Below are positions 1 to 16,181 of a DNA stretch of 64,000 nucleotides, piece by piece. This DNA comes from Chrysomallon squamiferum. Taxonomy: Eukaryota; Animalia; Mollusca. The notes under the pieces were generated by a model. The model did no database searches. It was not told the origin of the DNA and was given only the letters and a program-made list of their open reading frames with translations. The first letter of the stretch is position 1; the number at the start of each line of letters is the position of its first letter. The position numbers and the translations under genes were made by a program. The stretch is from the NCBI GenBank assembly GCA_012295275.1, contig CM022671.1:4526001-4590000 (forward strand), given 5' to 3'.

Positions 1-1065
1 ACTAATAACACATCTGGATAACATGTACCGTTTATAATGTCAAATAAACCGATTCGCGAGACGGAAATGCTGTTTCCGGCACGTAAAATCCTGTGCGCTC
101 GGAGAAAAAAAAAAAAATAGAGTCACAGGTGCTTGCCATAAAATACTCACTCAGACACTCGGAGGCGCCTTCAAGTTCCCGGGCACTACAGAACGTCACT
201 TTTGACCTTGCCGATCACGTGATTAGAGTGTGATAACACATCGCGGCCTGTCATTATGCTATCCCATAATTCAGTATTAATCTCAGACGACACTTTGTTT
301 TGTTTTTGTTTTCTTTTTTTCTTTCTTTCTTTTATTTTTTTTTTATTTTTATTTTTTTTACTATAAGAGAGGGAGAGTTGAAAATATAACTAATTTATTT
401 TCTGTTTATATATTTTTATTTATTTATTTTATTATTATTATTTTTAAAAACACACCATCAAATAGAATAGTTATTTATAGATTTTTTGGTTGTCAGATTG
501 TTTTAAAAAGTATTCACATTCACTTTATTTATCCCTCGAACTAAATTAAAAACAATCAGCCCTTATTTATATCGATACTGCATTCCGTAAGCTCATTATA
601 ATATCACTCTAATTAACATAATTTATTTCTACTTTCGATATCGAGAACATTGACCCAAACGAACCTGCCACTGGAGATAGCAGTATAGTTATTATAATTT
701 ATCAGTAGATAACTGATTTTCTACGCAATTATCATAATTTATTATTAGAAATTTGTTGACAGGAAACACTAGCGATGTAATTATCATAATTTATTATCAG
801 ACACAGATATTATTGCAGTTTCTGCGACTTTCATAATTTATTATTAGACATTTGGATGATTGCCTAAACAAAATCGGTTACATTTCTGCTTCTAATAATA
901 TTTGATAGTTTTATCAAAAATATCTGTTGTGTTTAAGTGTGCAAGTGTTCTCTCAGTGGGTTTCGGTTATACATTAACGGCTAGGCAAAAACAAACAACA
1001 ACAACAACAAAATAAAATAAAATAAAATAAAAATAAATGAGAGTAATGTTTTAATGTAGAACAAC

Positions 1066-1200
1066 ATTATTTTTATTAAAGCAGATGCTATGAATTACTT
1101 AAAAAATTAAATGGTTTTTTTTTTGTTTTTTTTTCACTGTAATTATTTTTATTAAGGAAGATGCTATGAATTACTTAAAACTAATGTTTTTTTAATTTTT
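1066..1200. repeat. ~76 bp tandem duplication just upstream of the DUSP acceptor
   Basis: attattttttattaa(a/g)g(c/a)agatgctatgaattacttaaaa occurs at ~1067 and ~1142. Confidence 0.8.
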
Positions 1201-1208
1201 ATTTTCAG

Positions 1209-1540
1209 ATGAGGCTATTCAGTCCCACCAAGGCGTGCTTGTGCACTGCCTGGCAGGAATAAGTCGGTCGGTGACTGTGACGGTGGCGTACATGATGCAG
1301 AAGAAGAGCATGAACCTCAACCAGGCCTACGACTACGTCAAAACGTGCAAGCCCAACATCTCGCCCAACTTCACCTTCATGGGACAGCTCCTCGACTTTG
1401 AGCGGACGCTGGAGAAACGACACGACGGCGACTGCGACAACTGCGTCAACTGCGATAACGCCAACACCGAGTGCTGCATCTGCAGCGGCAAGGGCAAGGA
1501 TTCGTCGCCGCAGGACGTCGTCGACGCCAGGCTTACGTGA
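1209..1540 (+). CDS. DUSP6/7: Terminal coding exon of a DUSP6/7/9 (MKP3)-type dual-specificity MAPK phosphatase; upstream exons lie outside the window
   Basis: Acceptor ttttcag ends at 1208 (phase 1). Translation (D)[31 protein letters not shown]...[29 protein letters not shown] contains the HCxAGxSRS catalytic loop and the MKP3-subfamily [18 protein letters not shown]. High GC3. TGA at 1538-1540. Confidence 0.95.
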
Positions 1541-2291
1541 CGTCAGCGGAAATAACCGGGAAGGTGAAGGTCACCACTTGACAATTAAAAACAAAAAGAA
1601 AAAAACAAAAGAGACGAAAGAAAAAAAAAGAAAAAAAAAAAAAGAAATAAAAGAAGAAAAGGTCACCTTGTCCTTTCGACGCTGTTGTCTTGGTTACCGT
1701 CACGCGCAGGCTTTCTGAGATGAATCAGACGTTTTTGCTGAATGTTTTGCAGAGACAAAAGTCCTGGCCTGTGGCACGACTCCACTGACAACAGAATGAT
1801 GCCGTGACGTACCCGCTGGGAAATTAATGGAAACGGCGCTCGACAAACAATTGTTATTGCGAGATCAAAATTTCCACGAAGCCTTCACTTCGAGGATAGC
1901 AGAACATTTCTAACTTCCAAGCAACTTAGTGTTGCATTTACTAGTCTTTCAGTACAACAACCTGCACACATTGGTGCAGATTTATAAATATATATATATA
2001 TATATATAAATATAAAATATATATATGTATATATATAAACAGGCAGCTGTAAGGTTTTTTTTTTTTTCAACATTTGTCTTTTTTTTTTTTGTGTTCTCGT
2101 CATATATATAAAAAAAAAGTCATCAAGAGAAAAATAATACAAAAATGAAACCAGCATAATCATTAACCATTGCGTAAACATTTTTGATTTCATAATATTT
2201 TTTTATTACTATTATTATTATTATTTTGTTGTTTTTCGTTTTCAAATATACAGAATTTACGAGTCGATCTGTCTTTTCATTATGAAGGTTG

Positions 2292-2323
<32 letters not shown>

Positions 2324-2480
2324 AAGAAAAAAAAAAAAAAAAATGAAATGAAAGAGAAAACAGAAAGAAAACAGCCAAATAGTTTGCCAAGATGAAAAAA
2401 AGAAAGAAAGAAAAAAAAAAAAAAGAACCGAGAAATATCAGCTTACTAGCGTTATGTGCATAATCGTACATTCACTTGAC

Positions 2481-2533
<53 letters not shown>

Positions 2534-3230
2534 TTTTCAAAACTGTAGCCACTATTAATAATGTTGCAATTTAATGAAAAGTTGTTTTCGTCATAATCTT
2601 TTTACTTTATTTATTTATTTATTATTATTATTATATATATATATATTTTTTTTTTTTTTTACTTGCACAGTTAGCTATTTCGGAAAGCTATTTACTTATT
2701 GCACTAGTTACGTGAATGCTAATAATAATAAAATAATCGTGCTATGTGTCCTCAAAGTGCTAATAATAGAACAGTTGTCAGTGGGGGAGTAACAGGGCGG
2801 GTGGGTGGTTGGTTTTTTTTACAGTGCTTTTTAATATACTTTACTTATAAAACTGTTATATATATATATATAAAAAAAAATATATATATAATGTCGAACC
2901 AAAGATGTCCCCAGCACTACCAAAACCCGTCTAGGGTTGTCGCTGTTTGGTAACGCCCTCGCCCCACCCCTCCTGTTTTTGACCCCCACTGACACAGTTG
3001 TTCATACTGAACATTATATTGTTGGTTGTTAACTGTTGAGAATTTTGACTCGAACGTTTCTGTTTTTGGAACTGAAAGTGTTTAGTTCATTGTAAATAAT
3101 CATGAAGTTTTTTTTTTTTTTTTGTTTCCTTCTTTCATTTCATAATTACATCATTTATATAAATATACCTCGTTCGAAATGTATCATATTTTACTATATA
3201 CCAGATTAAATTTATGTTTTCCATACTGAA
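1541..3230 (+). other. Probable long 3'UTR of the DUSP gene
   Basis: Follows the stop. AU-rich ATTTA runs (~2607-2620), TGTAAATA at 3091-3098, ATTAAA at 3205-3210 followed by a U-rich tract. The 3' end is inferred. Confidence 0.5.
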
Positions 3231-3282
3231 GTTATTTTGTTTTTTTTTAATTTTTATTTTATTACCATACATGTTTTTGTTT

Positions 3283-3368
<86 letters not shown>

Positions 3369-4287
3369 ACGGAAATATATTATGATTATGGTTATTATTA
3401 TGGTATAAGTAGTAATAGTAACTGCAGTAGCTATAGAATACTATTACTAGTGGTAGCAGCAGCAACAGCAAATGAAATACTCCACCAAACTAAAAACATG
3501 ACTAACAACAACGAATAAATTAACATTTAATATTTCACTGAAGAAAAATACTTTAGATGTTTCAAAATAGTGATGAATTCACATACAATTTAAAAAAAAA
3601 TAATATATATATATAATTTGCAATCTAGCTAGATATGAAATCAATAATGATAACTTCACAGCCACCTTTTTTTCTAATACACCAAATCAAACTACTTTAT
3701 TATTATTACCAATATGAAAAAAGTTAAATTCGTGATTTTGATGTAAAACTAATAATTTCCCGTTCCAATCAAGGACTTTTTTCCCCTCGATCAGTGTTTC
3801 TTCGTCTGCGAGAAACTGTATTGTATAAGATTATTGTATTCAGTGAAAATAGAACTAAATTTTTTTCCCGTTCCAGACACTAATACTGGATAAAAGTACT
3901 CCACAGGTTGAGACGAATGGCTTCATTTCTTAACATTATGCAGCATATGAAACCATTAATATTAAAACAAATGTTTATTTACTCATTATCTCCAGTTCTC
4001 GAACCACAGTCGGGCGGGCTGTTTCCAGCTTGCTAAACGAAATCAAACTGCAGAAACGTTTTCCCCACTCAGAAAGCGATTCGTTCTATTTGCTCGACAC
4101 TGAAAACCATTTCGTATGCTGGATTTCGATTTTCAACACAAGCAATGTGATTAAGATAGAGAACGCTGGAGTTTACTGACCTCGGTCTTCACCGCCAGAA
4201 CTTCCTGTAATAATTATCGATTTTTCTGTCATTTTTGCTAACCGCTGACCTTGGTTGCGGAACGCGCGGGATCGAATCCTTTTAGTG

Positions 4288-4318
<31 letters not shown>

Positions 4319-4687
4319 TGCAAACGATGGGTTAATAATATTTCTTACAGGGTTATTTTTATTTTTATTTATTTAATAAATGAAAGGGAAACACAGTGCA
4401 GCTAATGAAAAGCGAGTGATCGGTTATAATACAAGTACACTTTACCATACAGAATTAATTATGCATGGAGACTCTGGCTAGATTGGGAAAAATACTGCGA
4501 CTAGGACTGATCTGGCTACCCGTTACTCTTCATTGGGAAAATTTATGCGTAAGTGAAGAATGATATCATCATCATCAACATCATCATCATCTTCTTCTTC
4601 TTCTTCTTATATTATCTGACTTTATTGTTGTTGTTGTTATTCTTCTTCTTCTTCTTCTTTGTCTTCTTCTTCTTCTTCTTCTTCTTC

Positions 4688-4734
<47 letters not shown>

Positions 4735-4889
4735 TTCAAACACCGTGATGTTGAAAATCGTGACTACAAGATAAACGACACAAAATGAAAACGAGTTTCC
4801 ACTAAGCCGGATGAAGGTAAAAATAATTATTATAACTTTTCTTTTATGTGGTTCAACAAAAACCTCGGTTTCTTTTTTAGTAGGAGTGG

Positions 4890-4952
<63 letters not shown>

Positions 4953-5116
4953 TTACTTTTTAATAACCAAATAATAATTTTGAATTGTAAGCATGAATTC
5001 ATGACATAGGTCGATTGATTAATTTTTGCATTTTATAATTTTTATTAGTATTAAAAAAAAAAAAAATTGTTATTGTTAATTTTTATTTTTTTTACCACAT
5101 TTTATATGTATATACG

Positions 5117-5155
<39 letters not shown>

Positions 5156-5158
5156 ATG

Positions 5159-5197
<39 letters not shown>

Positions 5198-6106
5198 TGT
5201 ATGTAAAGAGACGACCTTATGTATGTATGTATGTATGTATGTACGCAAGCATGAATGAAAGTAAAGTTATATATGTATGTATGTATGCATGCATGAATGA
5301 ATGAAAGTAATGTAATGTGTGTATGTATGTATATATTTAATATGAACATATGTTTCAGTGTTTATAAATAAACATGAAAGCATGAATGAACTCCACGTGC
5401 CACCTGTTTCAGTGAGTTCTCTCACTGAACACACGTGTGCATGCAAATGCAAATAATGTATATGCACGTGCATACCCCTCTCTTTAATAAATAAAACCAC
5501 TACACATAAAAAAAATGTTACGTTCAAGTCCTGTAATTATATTCTTGAGAAAAAAAAATAAAATAAAATAAAAATAAGAAAAAATCGTCAGTTGGGATCA
5601 GATAAGAAATATCGATCAGTTATCGATCAGGGAGAGAAAGCTACAGCGTTTTATTTCTCTCAATCTATTTACCCGCCTACGCCATATCGATCAAAACCCT
5701 GGGCAATCATGGTCAGAAACTTTCGATTGACTAAATATAGCCTGAGCTGTTTTCCACTGCACCCAAGCTTTAAAACCGCTTTGCCTAACGATGCGTGTTT
5801 TTAACTTTGCTACAGAAAAAAAAAGAAGAAAAAAAAAAAAAACTTCTTTCAGGCTAAATTGTGTTGCTGGAAGATTCAGTTGTGCTGAAACGAAGAAATC
5901 CGCTGAGGAGAGAAGGTTTATTAATCTTGTATTACTAGTTACACGAGGATAGAAGCCAGACAAGAATAATGGGCAAGATTAAATTGTGTTTTAAAGTGTA
6001 AGAAAGTGGGGCATGGAGTAGAAAAAAAAAGAAGAAAAAAAAAAAAAAAAAAAAATAAAAAGAAGAAATCAACAAAACAACAAGTTTTAAAAAGAGGGAA
6101 AGTGAA

Positions 6107-6192
<86 letters not shown>

Positions 6193-6368
6193 GTAACCGA
6201 TAGAAAAACTAGTTTAATAAAAATAAAATAAATAAATAAATAAATAATAAAACATCCTGTATATATGACACAAGTAATATGGAGTAACTGCATCTCCAGT
6301 AAAAAAAAAGAAAAATGTAGTGTGAGTAACTGTGTAGAAATATATTAGACAGAGAATTGGCAGAAGAT

Positions 6369-7057
<689 letters not shown>

Positions 7058-7463
7058 CAGTAAGAAGTAACAGGTAAAGTCAGTCTGTGAGATCAATAAC
7101 TTCATTCTACTCGGCAGGAAGCAATTTGTCTACTTAAGCGGGATTTGCTGCTGATGACTTCGAGTTCCTCAAATCCCTTGACAGGATCCAAATAAACAAA
7201 CAAACAAACAAACAAACAAACAAACAAACAAAGAGCGTGACAAGGATAACAGTAATTAGTTTTGTTTCATAATGACGAGGATCAGTAGAGTTTACAACGT
7301 TAATGACGACGGTGACGTTGATGGGGCATAATGGGTGTGGTTGTGGTTGTGGTCTGTGGTAGTAGTAGTAGTAGTAGTTTTAGTAATAATGGTAGTAGTA
7401 GCAGTAATGATGATGATATTAATAATAGTAATAATAATGACAATCATAATAATAATAATAATA

Positions 7464-7500
<37 letters not shown>

Positions 7501-7592
7501 CAATACTAGTAATAATAATAATAATATTATTATTAACAATAATAATAATAATAATGACAATACTAATAATAATAATAATAATGACAATACTA

Positions 7593-7673
<81 letters not shown>

Positions 7674-8609
7674 GTAATAATAATAATAATAACAATAATA
7701 ATAATAATAATCCATTCAATTCAGGAATTTTCATCTAATTTCCTTTCTGCGTCTTCTGCGGTCTCTTACATTTGTTATTTGTAAAATTAATAAGCTCATC
7801 CACTCCTACTTTATTTTTTTTTTTTTTACTATTATTATTTCTTTTACTTTTTTGATTTATATTTATAAAAAAAAAGATGCGGGGAGAAAATCACTAATTG
7901 AAAAAATGTGGTGAAAATTAAACTTTTGTTGAATAACGCAAAACATGAAAAAAAAAGTAATAACTGTTAAATTTTCTGGCTTGTGGGAATTCGTGGTTTT
8001 GTTTTCTTTTATTTTCATTAACGATGCAGTGCAGCCAGTTTAAAAAAAAGAAAAAAAAGAAAGAAAAAGAAATAAAGAAATAATTATTTTTATGATTATT
8101 GGTCATTATAACGTCTCGTTATATTCACGCCCCTGTGATTACTGTATTCAACAACGTGATAATGGAGATTAGAGTTTTAAAAATACAGTTTTGTTAAAAG
8201 TCCTTAGTTTCCTCATCCACCTACATACACATTAGTCTTTCCACATGTTGTTAAACCCACACATCCCACTTACTTATTTAATAATTCATTCATTCATTCA
8301 TTCATTCATTCATTCATTCATTCAATCACTCACTCACTCACGTACAGACAGGTACATTCATCTTTTTAGCTCACTTATTCATTCACTCACTAATATACTG
8401 ATTTATCGATTCATCCAGTTGCTAATTCATTCATTCATCCTCTCACCAGAATATCATTCATCCATTTACTTTACTTTACTCATTCACTCACTAACGTATA
8501 CTGACTAATCCATTCATTCTTTTATTTACTTGATTATTTATTCGATTACTCACTTGTGTATCCATTCATTCATTTATTGATTATTTCATTCATCGAGTTA
8601 TTCATTCAT

Positions 8610-8693
8610 CCATCCATCCATCAGTTCACTCACTCATAGCTATAATAATAGTGATAGGACTAAAATAAATAGAAGTAGTAGCAGCAGCAGCAA

Positions 8694-8725
<32 letters not shown>

Positions 8726-8937
8726 TAAATAGTAAAATCAGTAGAGGTGGTGTAAAATCAGTAGTAGTGGTGTAAGTAGTAGTCTCAGAAATACTCGTCC
8801 ATACATCCATTCATTTATCCGTCTGTCAATCACTCCATCCCCTTCAGTCTTAACATCCACCTATCCGTCCATGCGTGCGTCCTTTCATTCGTTCATTCGT
8901 TCATTCGTTCACTCCACTAACAACATTTGAATATAAC

Positions 8938-8993
<56 letters not shown>

Positions 8994-9207
8994 TTTACTG
9001 AAATCCCCAGTTTCCGCTAAATTAAAACACAGTATAACATTGTATTATATTGTTTTTTTAGTTATTTAATTTTCTGAATATATTTTACAGTGTAGTACAA
9101 CAACAATGCCACACTTTGTTACTAAGTGTTACAATGATGTAACAAGTGAAAACGTGATTCAGTTTTAGTGATGATGTAACATTTAAGTGGTTGGAGAGAC
9201 CCTTGTA
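8610..9207 (+). repeat. Copy A of a ~600 bp dispersed repeat, inverted relative to 38913-39477
   Basis: 8991-9207 (atgtttactgaaatccccag...ggagagacccttgta) is a near-exact reverse complement of 38913-39134. Similarity continues through the GA tract to ~8610. Confidence 0.9.
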
Positions 9208-9258
9208 TTGTTTTTGTTTTACGTTCAGATATTCAGATGTCTGTGCTTCTATGTATAT

Positions 9259-9326
<68 letters not shown>

Positions 9327-9396
9327 GTGTGTGTAAGAGAAAGATTAGTTGTATATATGTGTGTATGCATTATACACGTGTGTGCGTTTTAATTTT

Positions 9397-9435
<39 letters not shown>

Positions 9436-9977
9436 TTTTTATTGCTGTGTCTATGTATGTACGTATCTATTTTATATATATATATATGTTGAAATGGATC
9501 AGTGTATGTTTTCATAGTACATGAATATTTCATTTGTACAAATCTGCATACATGTCTGAGTATGACACATTTATGTGAGTGTGCATATTTGAATGTATGT
9601 ATGTATTTATGTATTTATGCACGGACATATGTGTGTATGTATGTGTGTATGTTTGTACGTACGTATGCATGTATACATGAAAGCATGTTTCATTTTATGT
9701 ACGCATTTATGCAAGTATGCATTCATCCGCCTATTTCAGTTCAAATTAATTAATTTATCATGTCAAAAAAAAAAAAAAAAAAAAAAAAAATAAAATAAAT
9801 AAATAAATAAAAATAAAAGAATGCTCGTACATTTACCTTTGTCAGCAAAATTTTTTAAAAATAAAAATAAAAAAATTAAACAAATTGAAAATAAAATTAA
9901 CGTATGGATACAACAGACGTTATATGCCAATTAGAGAACAGTTTTAACCACACAGCTTCAATCATTCGCTCTGTTAC

Positions 9978-9991
9978 GTTACCATGGAAAC
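9978..9991. promoter_or_regulatory. RFX X-box motif
   Basis: GTTACCATGGAAAC matches the X-box consensus GTTNCCATGGNAAC. Confidence 0.45.
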
Positions 9992-10290
9992 CAGTTCAAA
10001 CGAAAAGAAAGCTAATGGAACCATTTTTCTCTCTCTCTGTGGCAGAAGTCGAGTGCTTCAGTTCAATAACGTTGGCTGTTTTCGGCATGCCGATGTTATC
10101 GTCGCTAGCCCAGTCAGATTCGAGCCGCAGCGATGATGTAACATCAGTTTTCTCCAAACAATTGCATTCTGGGATGTAGCGTTACAGTCATTTCAGTTAA
10201 TCAGCTGATATTATATATATATATATATTTTTGATTACTGCTTGATATGTATTATTATGCATCGAGAGAAAAAGAGATTGGGAGGGAGGG

Positions 10291-10385
<95 letters not shown>

Positions 10386-11297
10386 AATAACCAGATAAAT
10401 ATACAGACATAGACAGAGATAGACGGAGAAATAATTGTATCAGTTGTAAATTTATCACAGACCTTTTGAAATAAGTAAGTATGTAAACAAACAAACAAAC
10501 AAACAAACACAATAAACAAATAAACAAACAAACAAATAAACAACAAAATAAATAAATAACAGAAGAAAAAATGCAACAAGAAAAACACATTTTTTTTTTT
10601 TTTTTTTTTTCGCTATTTCCTGTGGTTTTGTTCACCTGATATGAAATTTCTGAGTCATCAGAAGGAAGTGAATTATTATCAATAACATTTGATCCGCTGA
10701 TACAAAATTAAACTCGAGATCTTTGCTTTTTCTTTAGAATAGCTTTTTTTCTTCTACTAGTCATAAATTTCACAATGAAAGAGTGCTGAGCTGAGTATTT
10801 TTCTATTCGTATTCTGAACATAAAACACTTTTTAACCGCTGTCACTGTGCAAATCAGAAACAGATTTAAGTGGAGTCCGCATCTCCTTAAAAGTCCCTGT
10901 TGTTGTCTTATTGTTGTTGTTGTTATTATTATTATTATTATTGTTGTTGTTGTTTTTGTTGTTGCTATTGTTGTTATTATTAGAGTCGTTATCACTACAT
11001 CATTGTTGTTATTATTATTGTTGTTGTTGTTGTTTGTTATATTGTTGTTTTTGTTACAATTATTATTATTATTACGATGTTCTTCTTCTTCTTCTTTTTC
11101 TTCTTCTTCTTCTTCTTCTTCTTCTTCTTCTTCTTCTTCTTCTTTGTTATTATCTACTAGAATGAAGATAGTCTACATTTTTCTCGAATAGAACCGACCT
11201 GCTTGTTGGTGTTTTTCAGGCAGTTTGTATTACCTACGTGAAATGTTTCTTGTATTTAAAAAACCAAAGCCTGTGGAGTATATATCTGCACATGTAC

Positions 11298-11460
<163 letters not shown>

Positions 11461-12947
11461 TGACAAATAGTGAATATCAAAGAGACATAGACACGGAAAC
11501 GTTAATTTTAACTGACATTCCAAATTCAAATATACTGTAATATTTCTTACCAATAGTAAATACATTTTTTTTTTAACATTATCATCTGAAAATTAAACAC
11601 AAAAATTAATAATAAAAAAAAAGATAAATAAATAAATAACCTTTACTAATCTTCAGAGCAACAGCCAGAACGGACAAAATGCCAGCTGTCTCACTGAAGG
11701 GGAACGATCGCGCTTCCATCAGATCACGTTGATTGCTTTACAACCGATCTGCATCTTGGCTCTAACGAAACGAGATTTACAAAATGTCACAGTCGTAAAT
11801 TGTAGACGTACGACGGAGAGACAAGTCGTAGCTCTCCGCAGATCACGCGAAATTAACTAACTAATATGCAGTAAAAAAAAAAAATTACGACCGCTAACAA
11901 CACAATTCGACCGTCCTGGCGTTCGTAATAAAACAGGTATTGAGGCAAAAGATATTTGTTTGAATCCGGTTCCAGAGGTCGTTAAATTGTTTAACGTTAA
12001 TCACTGTTAGGTTTGTTTTATTTTAGGTTTTTAAAATGAGGATGGCGTGTTGTTTGTGAGACTTCAGAATGCGGTGGCATGTCAAATGAAAATGAGATTT
12101 TTTATTTTTATTATCGTTTTTATTGGTTATTGTGGCATATATTTTATGAAAGGTTATGAAGACTGATTTAAAAAGAAAAATTGTTATCGTTGTTATTATC
12201 AGTAATTGTAATCATTATCATCATCAGAATCATTGTAATCATTACAGTCGTCGTCATAATCATCAATATTGTTATCGTTGTTGTCATCTCATCATCATAT
12301 TTCGTATTACTGGTCATCTTTACTACCACCATCCCTATCACCATCGTCGTCATCATCATCATAATCATAATCATCATCATCATCATCCTAATTGTGTTAC
12401 TCTTTAAAAGGCTTCATGGCTTCATGACCTTGCAAACCAGAAACATCAAAAATCACCATTATTGGTAATTAGCATCATAACCATCATCATTATTCGTCGT
12501 CATCATCATCATCATTACCCTCATCATCATCATCACGACACCAAAAAGAAAAATCTATTTCCACACGCCAGAACAATACTCCAGAAATCGTATCCTTGGC
12601 AAAGTCAGAATACAATGGTAGCCAAAATTAACGATGACGTTATTAAGCAAGTATAAAAAGATAATAATAATGAGCACTAATCTAAAATTATCTGTTGATA
12701 TACTCCGACCTTTCATATCTGTTTACCATGCATGCAAAAGCTACAGAAATCCAGGTAATTATTAAACGAAAATAAATGTATGCATTGTTTCTTGAATGTC
12801 AATGTAATTAGAAGGTAAGTAAATTCACATATATATAAAAAAAAAAACAATTGATTTTCATCAAAGCTAAAGGTGTGTGTGAATGTATTCATTAGTGATA
12901 TGGTAAGTAACCACAATCAGAATGCATTAGTGTGTGTGTGGGTGTGT

Positions 12948-12980
<33 letters not shown>

Positions 12981-13593
12981 TATTTGTTCTGTATGTATGT
13001 TTGTCTGTGCGTCTGTATGTTTCAATTTGAACGTGTGTGTACGTTTGCGTGAGCGTATGCGTTTCTGTTTCTGTTTTTGAGTGGTTTGTATGTGTATGTG
13101 TTCATGTTTGTGTGTTTGTGTTAAATATGATTTAGTAATAATAATAATAATATAAAAAAAAAAATAGATAAAAAAATACAGGAACAAAATTCAGGCAACA
13201 TAAAAAATGTTCATGACTAATAAATAAAATAAATGATTTGCAGTGATGAATGTTGAATAATATGTTAATTTAATTCTGACAACCATAGTAGTAGTAGTAG
13301 CAGTAATAGTAGTAATGACTGTAGTAATGGTAGCAGAGCAGTAGTAGTAGTAGCAGCAGTAGTAGTAGTAGTGACAGTAGTAAAGGTAGCAGAGCAGTAG
13401 TAGTAGTAGTAGCAGAATCAGCGTCGCCAACATAACAACAACACCAACAACAATAAGAAGAAGAATGATGATGATGATGATTATTATGATGATGATAATG
13501 ATAATATTAATAATAATGAAAGGTCAACAAACCAATAAGAAGAAAATAAAAAAAAAAAAAAAAACAAAAACAAACAACTAAATAATAATAATA

Positions 13594-13644
<51 letters not shown>

Positions 13645-14049
13645 TTCTTTAAAGACACTCAACAAATACCAGTATTATTAATTATTTGTAATAAATAAAT
13701 GAATAGATATTTTAATTAGCAGTTGTTCAAATGAGTTTATATTTATTAATATATTAGATATCTGTTGATGGTATGAGAAAATAAACTGGCTACCTGTGTA
13801 ACATGAACCACTTTTATCAGTTAACACAAACACAACAGACAGATGATAACACAAACCACGATCTTCAATAAGCCAAAACTGGTGGAACGGGAAATAAACC
13901 CCAGGAAAGTCTAGTGTAATCGAGAAAATGAAATAAAGACATCTGTGTATTCTTTCAATCATCTGTTGCGTAGCTGGGTTAAAAAAAAAATAATAAAAAA
14001 TAATAATAAAATAAAATAATACATATATCAATAAAATAAAAATATATAT

Positions 14050-14105
<56 letters not shown>

Positions 14106-15587
14106 AAAAAAAATAATAAAAAAAAAAATGTTAATACGAGGATAATAAAAGCAATTTCATCAAAATTATATTCCATGCTGACAGTTGTGTTAAATTTTTT
14201 TTTTTTTTTTTTTTCTCAGCAGAACGAAACCCTGTCTTTCTCCATATCGATTAGTAACAGAGAATTCTGCTCCAGAATTCTGTACGAGAATTCTCTACGC
14301 CATCACAAAAACTGATTTGCTGATCCGACACTACTACGACAACAGTGTCGAAAGCTTTGAGTGGAAAAACTGCAAACATCGAGTATTTGCGGTTCCAATG
14401 TGTACTTGGCTTCAGAAGCAGTTCTACGATTATTCTTCAAGTATACTTACCGAGATACGAATAGGTTTTTTTTTTTTTTTTTTTTTTGTGAGTAAATTTT
14501 ATTTATTTAAAAGTGAATGTTTTTAATATTTTTCTTGTTTTCGTTTGACTGATGATGTGTTACGATTTTGTCACGAAGTTGAAATATATGTTCTGTCTTT
14601 TCATACGTTTATTTAATTTATGTCGTGTTAATGTTAATAAATATAATAAATATCGTTTTATACTTGTAAATAATTATTTAATTTTGAACTATTTTTAAAA
14701 TTATAAATTTAATGTATATCTGTCATGGAACTAGAAGCCTGTTTAAAGATTTGATATATATAAAATATTTGGTATATATATATTTGGTATATATATATTT
14801 GGTATATATATATATAATATATATAAAAACACACACATATCAATAATTGTTATATTTAAAAACATTTTCATTATATTTGTTTCACAGTTGAAAAATAAAG
14901 CTGAACGAGTTGTATAAATTCAAAATTGTCTTCTCACAAAACAGCTTTCTGAAGCTATTCAACTGAGACAAACTCGAAATTACACAACTTAATTCTTTTT
15001 TTCTGGTAGAAGTACTTTTAAAATTGTATTTTTTAACAGTTCAAAATCTGCCATCTAGATAAGGCATTTTTAAAGTCTACAACAACTATAATGTTGTTTT
15101 TGAAGAAGAAGAAAAGAAAAGAAAAGAAATAAAAAAGCTGTTTTCAAACTGTCTTCAAGCTATGCAGTTAAAAATTTGTCTGGCACAACCAGAATTAATA
15201 TTCTCTTGAAGCTGGCCAATTCTCAGATTTTCCTGAAGAGGAAGCCAAATAAAAATGTCGATTCAGCAGAGAGAGAGAGCGAGATTTGAGCCGCCCTACT
15301 TTATCAACTGAAGACTAAGAGACGCCGGAAGCAAGAAGTGTTCAAAGCGAGGCTAAAAGCGAGGTCAATACCCGTCTTTCCCGCTGTAAGTTTAATTTAG
15401 TTCACGCGCCGAATTCACGTTTGATCATTCTGTTAAAAAATTAAATATTGTCTTCCAAAGCTGATAAAAAAAAAGGTTTTGTGCAGTCATCTTGAATGCA
15501 GTGAAGATATTTCAAAAGACGTTTCCTTTCAACTTTAATTTCTTTTATAATTATATTTTCTTAAATTTAGTTGTTGTTTTTTCTTTA

Positions 15588-15626
<39 letters not shown>

Positions 15627-15788
15627 TCTTTTTTTTTTTCTTCTTATTATTGGTTTGTTGACCTTTCATTGTTTTGTTCATTCAGTTTCTTGTTAAGTTT
15701 TTTCTTCTTCGTATATATCTTCTGTGAGTGTGTATGTATGTTGTATATATGTCATATATGTAAGTGTATGTATATGTATCTGTATGTA

Positions 15789-15842
<54 letters not shown>

Positions 15843-16167
15843 TGGCATAAGCACGTAATATATATATATATATATATAATCACCGACATATGTTTACACA
15901 AATATCTATATATCTATATATATCTCAGGATTGTGAGTTATTTTTTTTTTCCTGACGTCAGAAACTTGAAGATAAATCTACCTCCATCTTGCTGAAATGA
16001 TCTGTTTTATGCTTAAGCGATTTTCCAATTCGTTCGTTTTGTTTGTTCAACTCTGCCCAGCCGTTCATAAAAAGCGAATAAACACAATCAATAGGACCAT
16101 ATGCCATTTGGAAAAGAAAAACAAGAAAAAAAAAAAAAAAAGAAGAAAAAAAAAAAAAAAGCACTGT

Positions 16168-16181
16168 GTTGCTATGGAAAC
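16168..16181. promoter_or_regulatory. RFX X-box motif
   Basis: GTTGCTATGGAAAC at the start of a CpG-containing complex island. Confidence 0.45.
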
